Shown here piece after piece: positions 1 to 10,518 of a stretch of DNA of 27,589 nucleotides. Position 1 is the first letter of the stretch, and the number at the start of each line of letters is the position of its first letter. The stretch is from a virus (lineage: Duplodnaviria > Caudoviricetes), in the IMG/VR virus record IMGVR_UViG_3300017784_006649, positions 1 through 27,589 of that record; one strand, 5' to 3'. The notes under the pieces are model-generated. The model did no database searches, had not been told where the DNA came from, and saw only the letters and a list, made by a program, of their open reading frames with translations. The translations under genes were made by a program, and so were the position numbers.

Positions 1-437
1 ATATCTACATCACTATTGATATCAAGTAATGTAGTACTAAATGTGGCAATACCTGTAAAAACTGGGTTAGAAGAACCACTTGACCAACTTAAAGTTCCAC
101 TTCCGTCATTAGTTAAAACAGAGGATGCTGGACCATTACCTGCTGGAAAAGTGTAAGTTACCGCAGTCCCGACAGAAGCTGGTGCAGCAAGAGTGATTGA
201 TGTTCCACTTACTCCTACAGCATGTGTTCCAAAAAGATTAACTCCACCGCCAATAGTTGTAGATTCCTTTCTCCAATATCTGGAAGAACCAAAGAATCTA
301 TTATCCCCCCCAAGAGTATTAATTCCAATATAAAAGTTTGACTCATCTGTAATAAAGGAGGGTTCTCCCGTAGAAAGTCCTACAGATGCAAACGCAGATT
401 GAGAACCTCTTTTAAACCTTAAGGTAGGATTTGCCAT
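1..437 (-). CDS. Tail fibre-like virion protein, N-terminal 145 aa (runs off the window edge; not in the ORF track)
   Basis: Hand translation from ATG at 437 gives MANPTLRFKRGSQSAFASVGLSTGEPSFITDESNFYIG...ITLAAPASVGTAVTYTFPAGNGPASSVLTNDGSGTLSWSSGSSNPVFTGIATF..., with no stop before base 1. The 'FKRG...GEP...TD' N-terminus and 'VLTNDGSGTLSW' segment are typical of phage fibre proteins. A late-promoter box lies upstream. Confidence 0.8.
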   Translation of the reverse strand, partial: MANPTLRFKRGSQSAFASVGLSTGEPSFITDESNFYIGINTLGGDNRFFGSSRYWRKESTTIGGGVNLFGTHAVGVSGTSITLAAPASVGTAVTYTFPAGNGPASSVLTNDGSGTLSWSSGSSNPVFTGIATFSTTLLDINSDVD

Positions 438-466
438 TTATTTTTTTTTTAAATTTATCTATAATA

Positions 467-481
467 TATTTAGTATTTATT
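467..481 (-). promoter_or_regulatory. Tandem T4-type late promoter-like boxes (AATAAATA, ACTAAATA)
   Basis: The minus strand reads AATAAATACTAAATA about 30 nt upstream of the ATG at 437. Both boxes are variants of the gp55-dependent TATAAATA. Confidence 0.6.
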
Positions 482-803
482 AAAACGAACCGCCATCAAA
501 ATCAACATTATCAGTTCTATTTGGGTCACTATCTAATACATTAATAAAGTCTGCTGGAATTCCTCCAGGAACAGCGTCTTGTAAAATTTGATCTGGGTCT
601 ACTGCAATTATTTTGTTATTACTTGCATCATATTGTAATACAAAATTGTCTTGTATTCCAGTTAAATCTACAACTATACCAGAAATTGAATTTGATGATG
701 CAGCACTCATATTACTCGCTACAACTTTAGTAGCACTTTGATTTCCAACTGCTACCCTTATATTGTTTTGATTTCCAACCTTTACATTTATAGTATTTGA
801 CAT
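480..803 (-). CDS. Small virion/fibre-associated protein (107 aa) ending in DFDGGSF
   Basis: The track start at 812 is TTG. ATG at 803 overlaps the upstream stop (TAATG) and is the likelier start. The protein has a tail-repeat-like segment VDLTGIQDNFVLQYDASNNK and a C-terminal DGGxF. Confidence 0.7.
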   Translation of the reverse strand: MSNTINVKVGNQNNIRVAVGNQSATKVVASNMSAASSNSISGIVVDLTGIQDNFVLQYDASNNKIIAVDPDQILQDAVPGGIPADFINVLDSDPNRTDNVDFDGGSF

Positions 804-1138
804 TAGGTACAAACTCCAGCAGTTACAAGAGCCGTTCCTTCAACAACTCTAGTTTTTACGCTACTACTATCTGTTAATAATACATCATAAACATACCTTC
901 CAGGTTTTAATGCGGAAGTTACTCCCGCAGTTAAAGCAATTCCAACTTGTCCTATTGCAGAAACAATTGAAGTAGTAAAATTAACTTTAGTAGAACTTGC
1001 TGGGTGTTTTGCTAATTTTGCTTGAGCAGAAAATCCAGCAAGATTTTTTACTGAATTTGTGGTTGCATCCTCAAGAATATATGTAGTATTAAAGGTTGAA
1101 CCTTGCTCAATTGCTATGTTAACTACTCTTGCTGACAT
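803..1138 (-). CDS. Small beta-rich virion structural protein (111 aa; Ig-like/BppU N-terminal-like adaptor)
   Basis: The pattern 'NIAIEQGSTF...NLAGFSAQAKL...IALTAGVTSALKPGRYVYDVLL...RVVEG' resembles baseplate-upper-protein-like domains. It has its own TATAAATA box 24 nt upstream. Confidence 0.7.
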   Translation of the reverse strand: MSARVVNIAIEQGSTFNTTYILEDATTNSVKNLAGFSAQAKLAKHPASSTKVNFTTSIVSAIGQVGIALTAGVTSALKPGRYVYDVLLTDSSSVKTRVVEGTALVTAGVCT

Positions 1139-1162
1139 TAGTGATAATAATATCTATACAAG

Positions 1163-1170
1163 TATTTATA
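1163..1170 (-). promoter_or_regulatory. T4-type late promoter TATAAATA
   Basis: Exact consensus on the minus strand, 24 nt upstream of ATG 1138. It overlaps the TAA stop of the 68-aa ORF. Confidence 0.8.
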
Positions 1171-1372
1171 GTTTTTCAAGTATCAATTTCATCATATCTT
1201 TAATTTCACTCACATCAGATTTTAAATTTTCAATTTCTTGCCTCTCTTGTAGTTTTCTTTCTCTATGCGTCATATACTCATTATACTCGTTATAATTTGT
1301 ATTAATTACAGCCTTTGAATAATTGTCTCTTGACAATGAAGAATGCCCCTCAACTTGAATTAAATTTTTCAT
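1166..1372 (-). CDS. Hypothetical protein (68 aa) with C-terminal coiled coil
   Basis: The ATG overlaps the stop of the 2500-aa gene (TAATG). Heptad pattern in EIENLKSDVSEIKDMMKLILEKL. Confidence 0.8.
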   Translation of the reverse strand: MKNLIQVEGHSSLSRDNYSKAVINTNYNEYNEYMTHRERKLQERQEIENLKSDVSEIKDMMKLILEKL

Positions 1373-4300
1373 TATGCTAATGCAATTGCTCTCAAGTCTC
1401 TAATTCTTGGGACAAATGCCTGATTAGTTCCGTTCATAACAATTTTAATCATAAACCCACTAAATGGGGGTAAATTATCTTGAGAATACAGATATTCTAA
1501 AAATTCTCCTTCACCACCAGGAGTAGATGCTTTGACATCATCATTAGGAAGCCCACTATTATTTGCTAAGTCAATTATAGTATATGCAGTATTGTCTGTA
1601 GATCCAGACTTTCTTAAGTTATCATATCCTGGGAATGGAGAATATGTTTGATCGGCATCAGGTAAATCTGATCTGAATAATCTATAGAATACTCTTATCT
1701 CATTTGTAGAATCTCTGAATGCATCAAATCTAACTTGTAATGAAGATGCTGGTGTGGCAAGGGAAACTCTTTTAGAAACATATACTGCAGCATGAGGATC
1801 ACCCAAAGAAACATTTACACGACGATCAGTTATATAATTTGAAATTGGCTTATCAATTCTATTGGAAGTAGTGATAATATTTAATCGTTGCAAATCAATA
1901 ATTGGGGAAAGGCGATCATTATCAGTGTTCAATATACACTCTAATGTAAATGATTTATTTCCAGGTAATGTAGATAATCTGGCAGTTTCATTTACCTGAG
2001 AAGCTATTATCATAGGTTGTTCATAATAATTAATATCATCAAGTGTTATTGGATTAAATCCATAATCATTAAATGAAACCTCTGTACCATCAGCACTAGT
2101 GCCAGTGGTAGTTCTGGCTCTTGCAACAAGAGATGTTCCTTCTGGAGTTAATCTAGCAATATTCGGAGTTAATGCTTCAAACTGTATATTTTGAGTTGCT
2201 TTAGCAACAAATCCACCTCCACTTTTAGTTATATTAAATGATAGTGGTTGGAATCCGCCAGAATTACCAGTACTTCTATCTACACCATTTGAAGCCCTAT
2301 CAATTTTTATTGCATAAGTGTCTAATGATGTTGGATCTGATATTGTTGCAGATGAAAGATCATGAGTTTTATTAATTCTTCTCAAAGAAACGCCATTGAA
2401 TTCATATTTGTTAACTGAAGAATTTACCGAGTGCGTTTTAACTAAAGTGTTGTCAATTGCTCTAGTAATTCCGGTAATACTATTTCCACTAATGCCTTGA
2501 TATGAAATGATTTCATCGTTTATAACAATATATCCAGGATTAGTTGAAGATACCCCAACATTTTCAAAATTTGTAAGTATTGATACTGATGTTAACGGAA
2601 TATTTGTAGTAGAAGTATTTAAGTACTCTGCACTTAAAGTGGTCGCTGGATAATCACTATCTATGGAAGAAACAATAACTTTGTTACTGGCTGAATGCAT
2701 TCCATGATTTCTATGCGAAATTATCATGTGTTGCCCATCCCCAGTTCCAGATGAATTGATTGTGGTTGGAATTGCTGGAAGTGTAGACGCCACACCAACA
2801 TTATTAAATGCTAAATTGTCCACCGTATTAAATGTTCCTTGAACTTGGTTCAACACAAGTTGATTAATAGAAGTTATTACACCAACATTAAATCTAACAT
2901 TTTGACTTGTTGCTCCAAGTTGTGCGGATACTACATCTCCAACAGAATAGCCTATACCACCATTAGTAACAGTGACTATACCAATACTACCTGCGATTAC
3001 TTCTACTAATGCAAGCCCACCAGACCCATTTCCAGTGACTGCATTTAAACTGACATTTCCGTAATAGAAATTTCCTGCAGATGGGGTAATCCCAGATCCA
3101 ACATTATTTACCGTTAAATTAGGAGTAGATACTGTTATACTTCCAATACCAATTATTCCTGAAGTTTTTACTAATTTTGCTGTAGCATTTGTATTGTTGA
3201 TTTGGGTAATTGTTACTCCCGCATTTAGGAATGTGGAGGGAACAGTGCTTCCAAGGCCAACTACAATTTCATTTGAAGGAGTAAATAATGGATTTGGTCT
3301 TAGCGTGACTATGTTACCATTACCTTCAGTTAAAACTGGATTATATGCAGTAAAAACTCCAGCATCCGTTACAAATTTTGCTCTGTGCATGACGAATTTA
3401 AGATCTTCTAATTGACTTGCGTCCCAAGTTGATCCATTTTGAGATTTAAATAGTGATCCCATATATGGTTGCTGGGATATAACTACTTGTTGATCTATAC
3501 CCAAACCAACAGTAGTAATATCAACTTTACCCATTTCAGAAATCCAAACATTATAACTATTTGACATAGATATTAATACTATTGCATATTCAGTGCCTCC
3601 CTGTAAAAAGATTGGAGATCTGAAAGTGAATTTAGTTGCTGCAGTTCCATTACTAGAAACATTAACCTGTGATGGCTCTAGAGTAACCTCAGCCATCGGA
3701 ACAATGGTGGTTGTTGGATATCCGGCAAGCATTGTTCTAATTTGACATGTAACTGGAATTGCAGTATCTTTTGATTGAAAAAATACATCAATTGATGTTA
3801 CAAAACAATCTTCACCTTTAGGGATTAGTACAGATTCAGCTAGAGGGTCAACCCATTCGACAACAGATCTAGTTTCTTCTCTTGTTTTAGTTGTAGTTCC
3901 CTGTTCTACTCCGTTTACAATTCTAGATTCTGATAGATTTAATGTTTGAACATTAGCATTTCTTGTAGAAATAATCGTTCCTTGTTTTATGTCTAAAGCC
4001 CCACTGGAAGTAAATTTAGTTTCTCCAGCACTTTCTACTGCTCCAGTTATTGTAGAATTTGTCGAATTGCTTGTAACTCTAAAATTCTTGGTTCCAGTTG
4101 TAAATTGTGGATTTGTTACAAATTTTGGGTTTGGTATGTATAAAGAACCAATCAAAGTTGCAGCTGGATCAGATACTAATCTTAAATTATTGACAGTGGC
4201 TTCTGCGCCACTAGTTTCCCCCTTCAGTCTTGTTCCAACTCTAACTCTACCTTTAAATGTCCCAGTTGCCATATCTGATAGACTAGCAGTATCAATGTTC

Positions 4301-7300
4301 AATATAGTAGAAGTTGCAGAATAACCACTACTCATTTCTTGAAGTGTGTTATAAGGATTTAGTAAATATTTTGTAGTTGGTGCATTGTAGGGACCATACT
4401 TGTGATTTGCCGCTGCAAGTCTTGCAGTGAACTGTTCGAAGGAAGCTGACGTATTGACTGTTGTTGTAAGAGATTTAATTTTTTCTCCAGTTAAAAATAC
4501 GCCACTATTCATAGTAACTTCTAAAAGTTTTGGAACACAATATTGAGTCATATCTACATTTTCAAAGAAAACGTACATTTGAGTTGATGGTTTAACTGAT
4601 TTAGCAATGAATTCAATATTTCTTTCCCTACAATAAGGAATTACTTCTCTACTTACAACTTTTGCTCCAATTTCGGTTACATCAATTCTTGGGCTAACTT
4701 TATATTGAATACCTGCTCTAGTCTGTTGCTGTTTTACATCATATTCTGTAAGGTAGCTATCAACAAAGGTATCCCTAAATGTAGTGGTTCTGGAAAAGGG
4801 CACACCTCCACCAGTAACAAAATCCACTACCTTTGTGTTTGTATTAACTGTTCCATTTTGAATTCTAGTTTCATTTTTTAATGTTTTGCCAGTCCATACA
4901 GTTTGCCAGGCTTTCCAATCAACAGGAGAAAGTCCTGTGTTTGGATCTGCTTGATATAAAGTAAGGAATGCATCATAATTACCACGCTCTTCCAATCTTT
5001 GTGGTGCTAGCAGGGATTCTTCAATCCAAGTATCAGTTTCTGGATTTAATACAATGTTACTAAGCCAAGTTATTACAGCAAATGGATTTACATTCACAAA
5101 TCCTGACGCAAACTTTTGTTCAATTAAAGGAATTTCAGTATACTTAAGACTAATCAAATCTCCTGTTCTTTGAATATTTGCATTTCCCAAATCAGTTACA
5201 AATCTAAGATCTGCTGCAACATTTGCAGTTGTCCCAATGCCAATAGCAGAGGCAGATCCAAGCAAAAGATCTAATGATGTAGTATAATGAGATGGGCGCA
5301 TATTGCCATCTTCGGTATCAATACTAGTTTTAAAATCAGGACTTGCTAAATTGTGAGCGCCGTGAGATGTAAAATTATCTACAAAAATGCCGTTTTTAAA
5401 TCTATCTAATCCAGTTACTGGATCCTTAATTGAAAGAGTTTGAGTATCTAATTCAAGTAAACTCAATTGAGTATAATACTCAATGTTTTTAATACGATTT
5501 TCCAGAGCACTGATATCTTTCATTTGATATCTCTTGTGCTTTGTAAATGAAATAATTACCTCACTTTGAACATTGTATGAATATGGGGGAATTGTGACAG
5601 TTGCAACTTCAAAGGCATCACTAGTTAAAATTGGAGCAACTGGATTTTCTGCAGGTTCACCCGAAACTGATTCAAAAAAACCATTTTTTGTCAATATAAT
5701 TTTATCAATTCTTGGAAGACGATAAGAATAACCCAAGACAAGAGATTCATCTACCACTACATTTGTAGTCACTGATGACCCATCATTTGGGAATATTCTT
5801 GATGTAAATTCAAATGGAGCAAAACCACTATTAATATTATAATCAGATACTCTAGGTCTTAAATCTATTACGTCTGAATTTCTAAGACTATTCTTTTGAA
5901 TTCTAGGTAAATCAATACCATAATTAACCACTCTTGACGGCCAACTTAAGTAACAAAAGAACTCTCCATCATCTGCTGTTGGAGTACTGTAGAAATCAAA
6001 AACTACAGTAATTTGTCTTGCTGGTGCCGAAGATTCAGATTTTCTTATAATTCTACCAAAATCTAAGTATTCTAATCTTTCCCCACTGTCAAGTGAAAAG
6101 TTAGCGTTAATTTTTTTATCACCTGGATTGATATTATTAATAGTTGCACTTACTTGAGATAACTTACAGGTAAATCTTTCATTGAATTGAAATTCTCTTT
6201 CGTTTTGATATACAAATTCCAATGTTGTGGAAGTCGATGAGACTACTCTTCCCGCAGCGCCAGAGGATTCTCCAATAAATTCATCTCCAGATGGAATTTC
6301 TAAGAGATTTCCAACTATATTGGATAATGTTAAAGTTGGAATTGTTGGAATATTATTATCATCAGATTCAAAAATAGCGTGAATTAATAAAATTTCGGCT
6401 TTGTTTAAAGAAATTTCTCTATCTTGAACTCTAGTTCCATAAATTGAGCCATAAGTTAACCCATCATTTAGAGAGGTATTTCCAGTGGATCCTGATGCAG
6501 GATTATTAGATTTGTTTATTGTAAGTTTAGCGCATCTAGTTAAAACTTTAGATTTTGCATTAACTTTAATTTTCCTTAAAGTTCCAGTAAAACGAGCATT
6601 TGCATCAGCTGAAACACTTAACTGAGAAAGTGTGATTGTTTTGGCATCCTGAGAAAATGTTAATTTTCCTCTAGATAATGGTTCTACAGTACCATTAGAG
6701 TATGTAACTAAATATCTTTCTTCATCAAATGGTTCAAATACAGAATCTACATCTGATTCAATGATAACTGCTCCACTTGAACTTACAACTATAGGATAAG
6801 TTTTTCTAAAAACTAATTGTGTATTATCTAAGTTTATATTACTTATATTTGAATGAGGCATTGCTTGGAAAAATGATGCCTTGTTCGAATCTTCAAGTTC
6901 TGGTAAAACAACTCTAATGCCACCATTAAGAGTTTCTGCCGAAGGCAATCCACCATCACATACATTGGAAACTGTAGTCACCCCAACTATGGTAACTGTA
7001 TTTAAATTTTGTCCAATTGATGTAACTCTACTATAAGTTATTGTAGAAAATCCACTTCTAGTATATGCTAAGATATCATTTACAAATAACGAAGCCCCAA
7101 TTTTTCTAGTAATTGGTCCCGTAATTGTACACGATCCAGCAGAAGCCGCACTAATAGTTAGAGGTACATCTGAAATATCATTTTGAATTGAAAGATCTAA
7201 ATCCCCACTAAATGTGGTTACACCTACGCTAGAATATAAGGACTTAACATCAAATAAAGTGTTATCAGTTATACTACTAATAGTTGGTGATGAACTAATA

Positions 7301-8874
7301 CCATTTACAGAGATTGATTCCCCAACAATAAAAGTTCCACTACCAGAATTCAATGTTAAAATATTACTATTTACGATTGATGCAGTAAGATATCCTTTAG
7401 AACCACTACTATTACCCTCAATCAATGCTGGGGCACTTAATGTTATGCTACTCGCAATAGAAACTTTGGTAAATGTATCAATGTCATATAAAAATGCTTC
7501 AAATTTACTTGTTTGATTTGTATATGCGGCATCTTTTAATTTGAAATCATAACACCGTGCTCTACCAATTTCATCCCCAGGCGCAGCTAATTTATTTGTC
7601 CCCACTCTTTGACTTCTTAGACTTAAAAATGCAGTTGTTCCAAATCCAACAATAGGAGATCCTGAAACATTATCCAGCGTTATTCTATTTCCAAAATTAA
7701 TTGGTAATGAATAAGTATCTACAGTATTGGAAGTTTCTGGTTTACGAATATCTAAAAATGTAGAAGATGGTTTTTCAATTTCATATCCCTTTACATATGC
7801 TTTTCCTGGAGAAATTTGAAGTGTGAATAAATCTTCGGATGGGGTATTTCCTCGTGCAGTTTTTTGATTTTCAAAATAAATGCCGGAATTTGAAACTCTG
7901 TCGTTTAATGATTCTCTTGCAAATATTTCAAATGGTTTGATATAATAATCACCCGATTCATCATAAGTTCTTCTTGCAAGTTCATCTTGCAAGAGATTTA
8001 AATCGCTGGTATTTACAAAATCTGCAGCTGTACCATTTTCTACTCGCATCAATTCAATGAAGTCTTCATCATTGAATTGATCTAGTGGTTTTTTAATTAA
8101 TGTTGTGCTTAATTTAAATCTATCTGCTCCAGGGGCAGCAAAATTAGAAAATCCTTGAGAATTGTCATTTAATGTTGAATCATCAAAAGATGTTACAATG
8201 TCTTCACTAATTAGTAATCCAATTCTATAACTTGGTAGATTATTATATTGATCTAATATTAAAGTCTGTGATAAAACTTTTACAAAAAAACCTCTAATGA
8301 AATAAATACCTTCGTCAATAAATGCTGCTGATCCTACGGATGTTGAATTTTCAGAAATACAAGTCGCAAAAGGATTTCCTGATTTAATTACACTCAGTCC
8401 ATATTCAAGATCTTCTTCTACTAGTAATCTTTCCCCATCAATAAATTTGCTAGTTTCAAAATCAGTATTTGATGACGAAAGATATCTTATATAAAGTGTA
8501 TTGTTTCCTCTTTCAGATTCTTGATCGGTCAGTGTATTAACAACTAATGCCTTGACTCCAGAAGTTTCTCCAACTACAGTTTTATTAATTAATTTATTGG
8601 TATATGAATTTACTGAGATGCCAAAAAATGTTGCATCTATCTGAACACAACTGTATTTGAAGTCAAGTCCAGTTTGCCCAGGAATAACCTTTGCTCCCTC
8701 CTTAAACACATAGGAACCAAATTTTTCTATTTGATTTTGTAAAATTGTTTGAAGAGTGGTTAGTTCTCTTGCTTGAATTGCAGTTCCTGGTTTGAATAGA
8801 ACTCTATGATGACTTTTGTTTTCTTCAAAATCATCATTATATGGAATAACATTGAGGTTGGTATTTTGTGGCAT
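1372..8874 (-). CDS. Large virion structural protein, VrlC/DUF4815-like (2500 aa)
   Basis: N-terminus 'NLNVIPYNDDF...HRVLFKPGTAIQARELTTLQTILQNQIEKFG', internal 'APGADR', 'LARRTYDESGDY', 'NVNPFAV', 'DPLAES', and C-terminus 'PRIRDLRAIALA'. It lies directly after gp8, as in cyanophage-type T4-like genomes. Confidence 0.8.
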   Translation of the reverse strand: MPQNTNLNVIPYNDDFEENKSHHRVLFKPGTAIQARELTTLQTILQNQIEKFGSYVFKEGAKVIPGQTGLDFKYSCVQIDATFFGISVNSYTNKLINKTVVGETSGVKALVVNTLTDQESERGNNTLYIRYLSSSNTDFETSKFIDGERLLVEEDLEYGLSVIKSGNPFATCISENSTSVGSAAFIDEGIYFIRGFFVKVLSQTLILDQYNNLPSYRIGLLISEDIVTSFDDSTLNDNSQGFSNFAAPGADRFKLSTTLIKKPLDQFNDEDFIELMRVENGTAADFVNTSDLNLLQDELARRTYDESGDYYIKPFEIFARESLNDRVSNSGIYFENQKTARGNTPSEDLFTLQISPGKAYVKGYEIEKPSSTFLDIRKPETSNTVDTYSLPINFGNRITLDNVSGSPIVGFGTTAFLSLRSQRVGTNKLAAPGDEIGRARCYDFKLKDAAYTNQTSKFEAFLYDIDTFTKVSIASSITLSAPALIEGNSSGSKGYLTASIVNSNILTLNSGSGTFIVGESISVNGISSSPTISSITDNTLFDVKSLYSSVGVTTFSGDLDLSIQNDISDVPLTISAASAGSCTITGPITRKIGASLFVNDILAYTRSGFSTITYSRVTSIGQNLNTVTIVGVTTVSNVCDGGLPSAETLNGGIRVVLPELEDSNKASFFQAMPHSNISNINLDNTQLVFRKTYPIVVSSSGAVIIESDVDSVFEPFDEERYLVTYSNGTVEPLSRGKLTFSQDAKTITLSQLSVSADANARFTGTLRKIKVNAKSKVLTRCAKLTINKSNNPASGSTGNTSLNDGLTYGSIYGTRVQDREISLNKAEILLIHAIFESDDNNIPTIPTLTLSNIVGNLLEIPSGDEFIGESSGAAGRVVSSTSTTLEFVYQNEREFQFNERFTCKLSQVSATINNINPGDKKINANFSLDSGERLEYLDFGRIIRKSESSAPARQITVVFDFYSTPTADDGEFFCYLSWPSRVVNYGIDLPRIQKNSLRNSDVIDLRPRVSDYNINSGFAPFEFTSRIFPNDGSSVTTNVVVDESLVLGYSYRLPRIDKIILTKNGFFESVSGEPAENPVAPILTSDAFEVATVTIPPYSYNVQSEVIISFTKHKRYQMKDISALENRIKNIEYYTQLSLLELDTQTLSIKDPVTGLDRFKNGIFVDNFTSHGAHNLASPDFKTSIDTEDGNMRPSHYTTSLDLLLGSASAIGIGTTANVAADLRFVTDLGNANIQRTGDLISLKYTEIPLIEQKFASGFVNVNPFAVITWLSNIVLNPETDTWIEESLLAPQRLEERGNYDAFLTLYQADPNTGLSPVDWKAWQTVWTGKTLKNETRIQNGTVNTNTKVVDFVTGGGVPFSRTTTFRDTFVDSYLTEYDVKQQQTRAGIQYKVSPRIDVTEIGAKVVSREVIPYCRERNIEFIAKSVKPSTQMYVFFENVDMTQYCVPKLLEVTMNSGVFLTGEKIKSLTTTVNTSASFEQFTARLAAANHKYGPYNAPTTKYLLNPYNTLQEMSSGYSATSTILNIDTASLSDMATGTFKGRVRVGTRLKGETSGAEATVNNLRLVSDPAATLIGSLYIPNPKFVTNPQFTTGTKNFRVTSNSTNSTITGAVESAGETKFTSSGALDIKQGTIISTRNANVQTLNLSESRIVNGVEQGTTTKTREETRSVVEWVDPLAESVLIPKGEDCFVTSIDVFFQSKDTAIPVTCQIRTMLAGYPTTTIVPMAEVTLEPSQVNVSSNGTAATKFTFRSPIFLQGGTEYAIVLISMSNSYNVWISEMGKVDITTVGLGIDQQVVISQQPYMGSLFKSQNGSTWDASQLEDLKFVMHRAKFVTDAGVFTAYNPVLTEGNGNIVTLRPNPLFTPSNEIVVGLGSTVPSTFLNAGVTITQINNTNATAKLVKTSGIIGIGSITVSTPNLTVNNVGSGITPSAGNFYYGNVSLNAVTGNGSGGLALVEVIAGSIGIVTVTNGGIGYSVGDVVSAQLGATSQNVRFNVGVITSINQLVLNQVQGTFNTVDNLAFNNVGVASTLPAIPTTINSSGTGDGQHMIISHRNHGMHSASNKVIVSSIDSDYPATTLSAEYLNTSTTNIPLTSVSILTNFENVGVSSTNPGYIVINDEIISYQGISGNSITGITRAIDNTLVKTHSVNSSVNKYEFNGVSLRRINKTHDLSSATISDPTSLDTYAIKIDRASNGVDRSTGNSGGFQPLSFNITKSGGGFVAKATQNIQFEALTPNIARLTPEGTSLVARARTTTGTSADGTEVSFNDYGFNPITLDDINYYEQPMIIASQVNETARLSTLPGNKSFTLECILNTDNDRLSPIIDLQRLNIITTSNRIDKPISNYITDRRVNVSLGDPHAAVYVSKRVSLATPASSLQVRFDAFRDSTNEIRVFYRLFRSDLPDADQTYSPFPGYDNLRKSGSTDNTAYTIIDLANNSGLPNDDVKASTPGGEGEFLEYLYSQDNLPPFSGFMIKIVMNGTNQAFVPRIRDLRAIALA

Positions 8875-8878
8875 GTTA

Positions 8879-10492
8879 TTAGAACTCTAATACGATTTTG
8901 ATGTCTTCTTTTTGAGTGATAGACCTAGGAATTGCTGCCCTATTATCTATATAGATGATTTCTCCCGAGTACTTTTCAATTTCTGGATTTGCAATTCCTT
9001 CTACAAAATTTTGGTCAAGATTGATAATTCTATTTCCCGAAGTAGTAGTCACTCCTGGGTTTCCAGCAGTTCCAAATGTAGTTTGTACTGTCAAATTTGA
9101 CCCAGAACTTGCCCCTAAAATTGATAATGACCCTCCAGTAGCAAGTTCACTATTTCTTCTGAAAGGCCAAATTTTATAATTAAATGAACTTCCAGCAAGA
9201 CCAACTGGTTGATAATATTTAAGAACTCCTGTAGTATTATCGTAAGATGCCACCTTTCCTGCAGCAGTTGATCCAATTCCAATAACCTGAGTAATTACAC
9301 TATCTGCAGTGTAAGATCCTAGTGTTGGGGTTTCTAATTTGATTGCCCCTAAAGCACTTGCTTGAGAAACTGATAATAATTGAGTTTTACTACCATAAGT
9401 TGTAGGATTTTTGATAATACCTACTCTAGCAAAATCATTACCAACAATAAAATCTGGATTACTTCCACTATTTTCATATCTAGAGTAAACAAGAACTCTA
9501 TAAGCACCAAGTTCTTTATAAATGTCTGCTCCATGACCTCCAGTTGGTGGTATAATGACATCAAAAGTAGCAATTGATGTTGAGGCAGATCCCACAGCAT
9601 TTAAACCAATTGAGGTTAAAGCCCCCCCAGATTCATTTGCTGGGGCACTTGGGTAAAATTGAACAGATCCTCTAGTATAATTTAACCCTCCATTGGTAAC
9701 ATCAACAGAATTTACTTTTCCATCTGATCCTACGGTAACACTTACTTTACCATTAACACCATCTCCAAGAATTGGAATATTTTTATAAGTCCCTGCTGGT
9801 GAGTATCCAGATCCCCGATTTGTTATTGTTACTATTTTAACTTCTCCGTTAATTGAATTATTTCTTACATCCTGAGAATCCCCAGTTCCCCAATCTGATG
9901 GCACAGGAACAAACTCCAGAGAATCAAATTTAATAATATCACTTGGCGTAATAGTATAAAGATATTTCCAAATATATCCATCCCCAGAAGATCCAGCAAC
10001 TCTTGGTTCTAAATCAGTAAATCTAGGTTCATCTAAAGATTGTTGCCCAGTTGGATGTTCTGGATCTATACCATTCTGAAGACAAATGTAAACCTTAAAG
10101 TCTTGATTTACAATATAATAATTTGAATCATATAAGTTTGTAGAACTAGTTACTTTTGAAAGATTACTACTACTATAATCGTGGCGATACATATCATATT
10201 TTGTACCAGATGTCCAAGTGGTTTTTCTAACCATTCTTTTTACATCTTGGGTGGTCACTTTTTTCAAAGCAATCATTGTATCAAAATAGTCATTTTGCTC
10301 CCGAAACATATCCTTAGGAGCAGGAGTATTTGTATTCCAGTCAGTGGTTCCCGATCCAGTTGCAACATCAGTTGAATTAGGAAGACCTATAAAAGTGTAA
10401 TAGGCATTAGTTGTCGTACCAATGCCAGTGAAACTTTTAACAAAAGTTTCAGCGTTCAATATTCTAAATTGATCTGAAATAATAGCAGACAT
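8879..10492 (-). CDS. gp8: Baseplate wedge subunit gp8
   Basis: Motifs 'WTSGTKYDMYRHDY', 'YKVYICL'-like (FKVYICLQNG), 'DGYIWKYLYTI' and C-terminal 'IIYIDNRAAIPRSITQKEDIKIVLEF'. Follows gp7. Confidence 0.9.
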   Translation of the reverse strand: MSAIISDQFRILNAETFVKSFTGIGTTTNAYYTFIGLPNSTDVATGSGTTDWNTNTPAPKDMFREQNDYFDTMIALKKVTTQDVKRMVRKTTWTSGTKYDMYRHDYSSSNLSKVTSSTNLYDSNYYIVNQDFKVYICLQNGIDPEHPTGQQSLDEPRFTDLEPRVAGSSGDGYIWKYLYTITPSDIIKFDSLEFVPVPSDWGTGDSQDVRNNSINGEVKIVTITNRGSGYSPAGTYKNIPILGDGVNGKVSVTVGSDGKVNSVDVTNGGLNYTRGSVQFYPSAPANESGGALTSIGLNAVGSASTSIATFDVIIPPTGGHGADIYKELGAYRVLVYSRYENSGSNPDFIVGNDFARVGIIKNPTTYGSKTQLLSVSQASALGAIKLETPTLGSYTADSVITQVIGIGSTAAGKVASYDNTTGVLKYYQPVGLAGSSFNYKIWPFRRNSELATGGSLSILGASSGSNLTVQTTFGTAGNPGVTTTSGNRIINLDQNFVEGIANPEIEKYSGEIIYIDNRAAIPRSITQKEDIKIVLEF

Positions 10493-10506
10493 TTCTTATG
10501 ATTTTT

Positions 10507-10518
10507 TATTTATTTATC
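10507..10518 (-). promoter_or_regulatory. T4-type late promoter-like boxes (GATAAATA overlapping AATAAATA)
   Basis: The minus strand reads GATAAATAAATA in the 26-nt gap between the gp7 stop and the gp8 ATG. Confidence 0.65.

Noticed and set aside
1-437. Diversity-generating retroelement target (fibre N-terminus resembles tropism-determinant-type anchors)
   Set aside because: No reverse transcriptase or template/variable repeat pair is in the window, and the fibre C-terminus is outside it.
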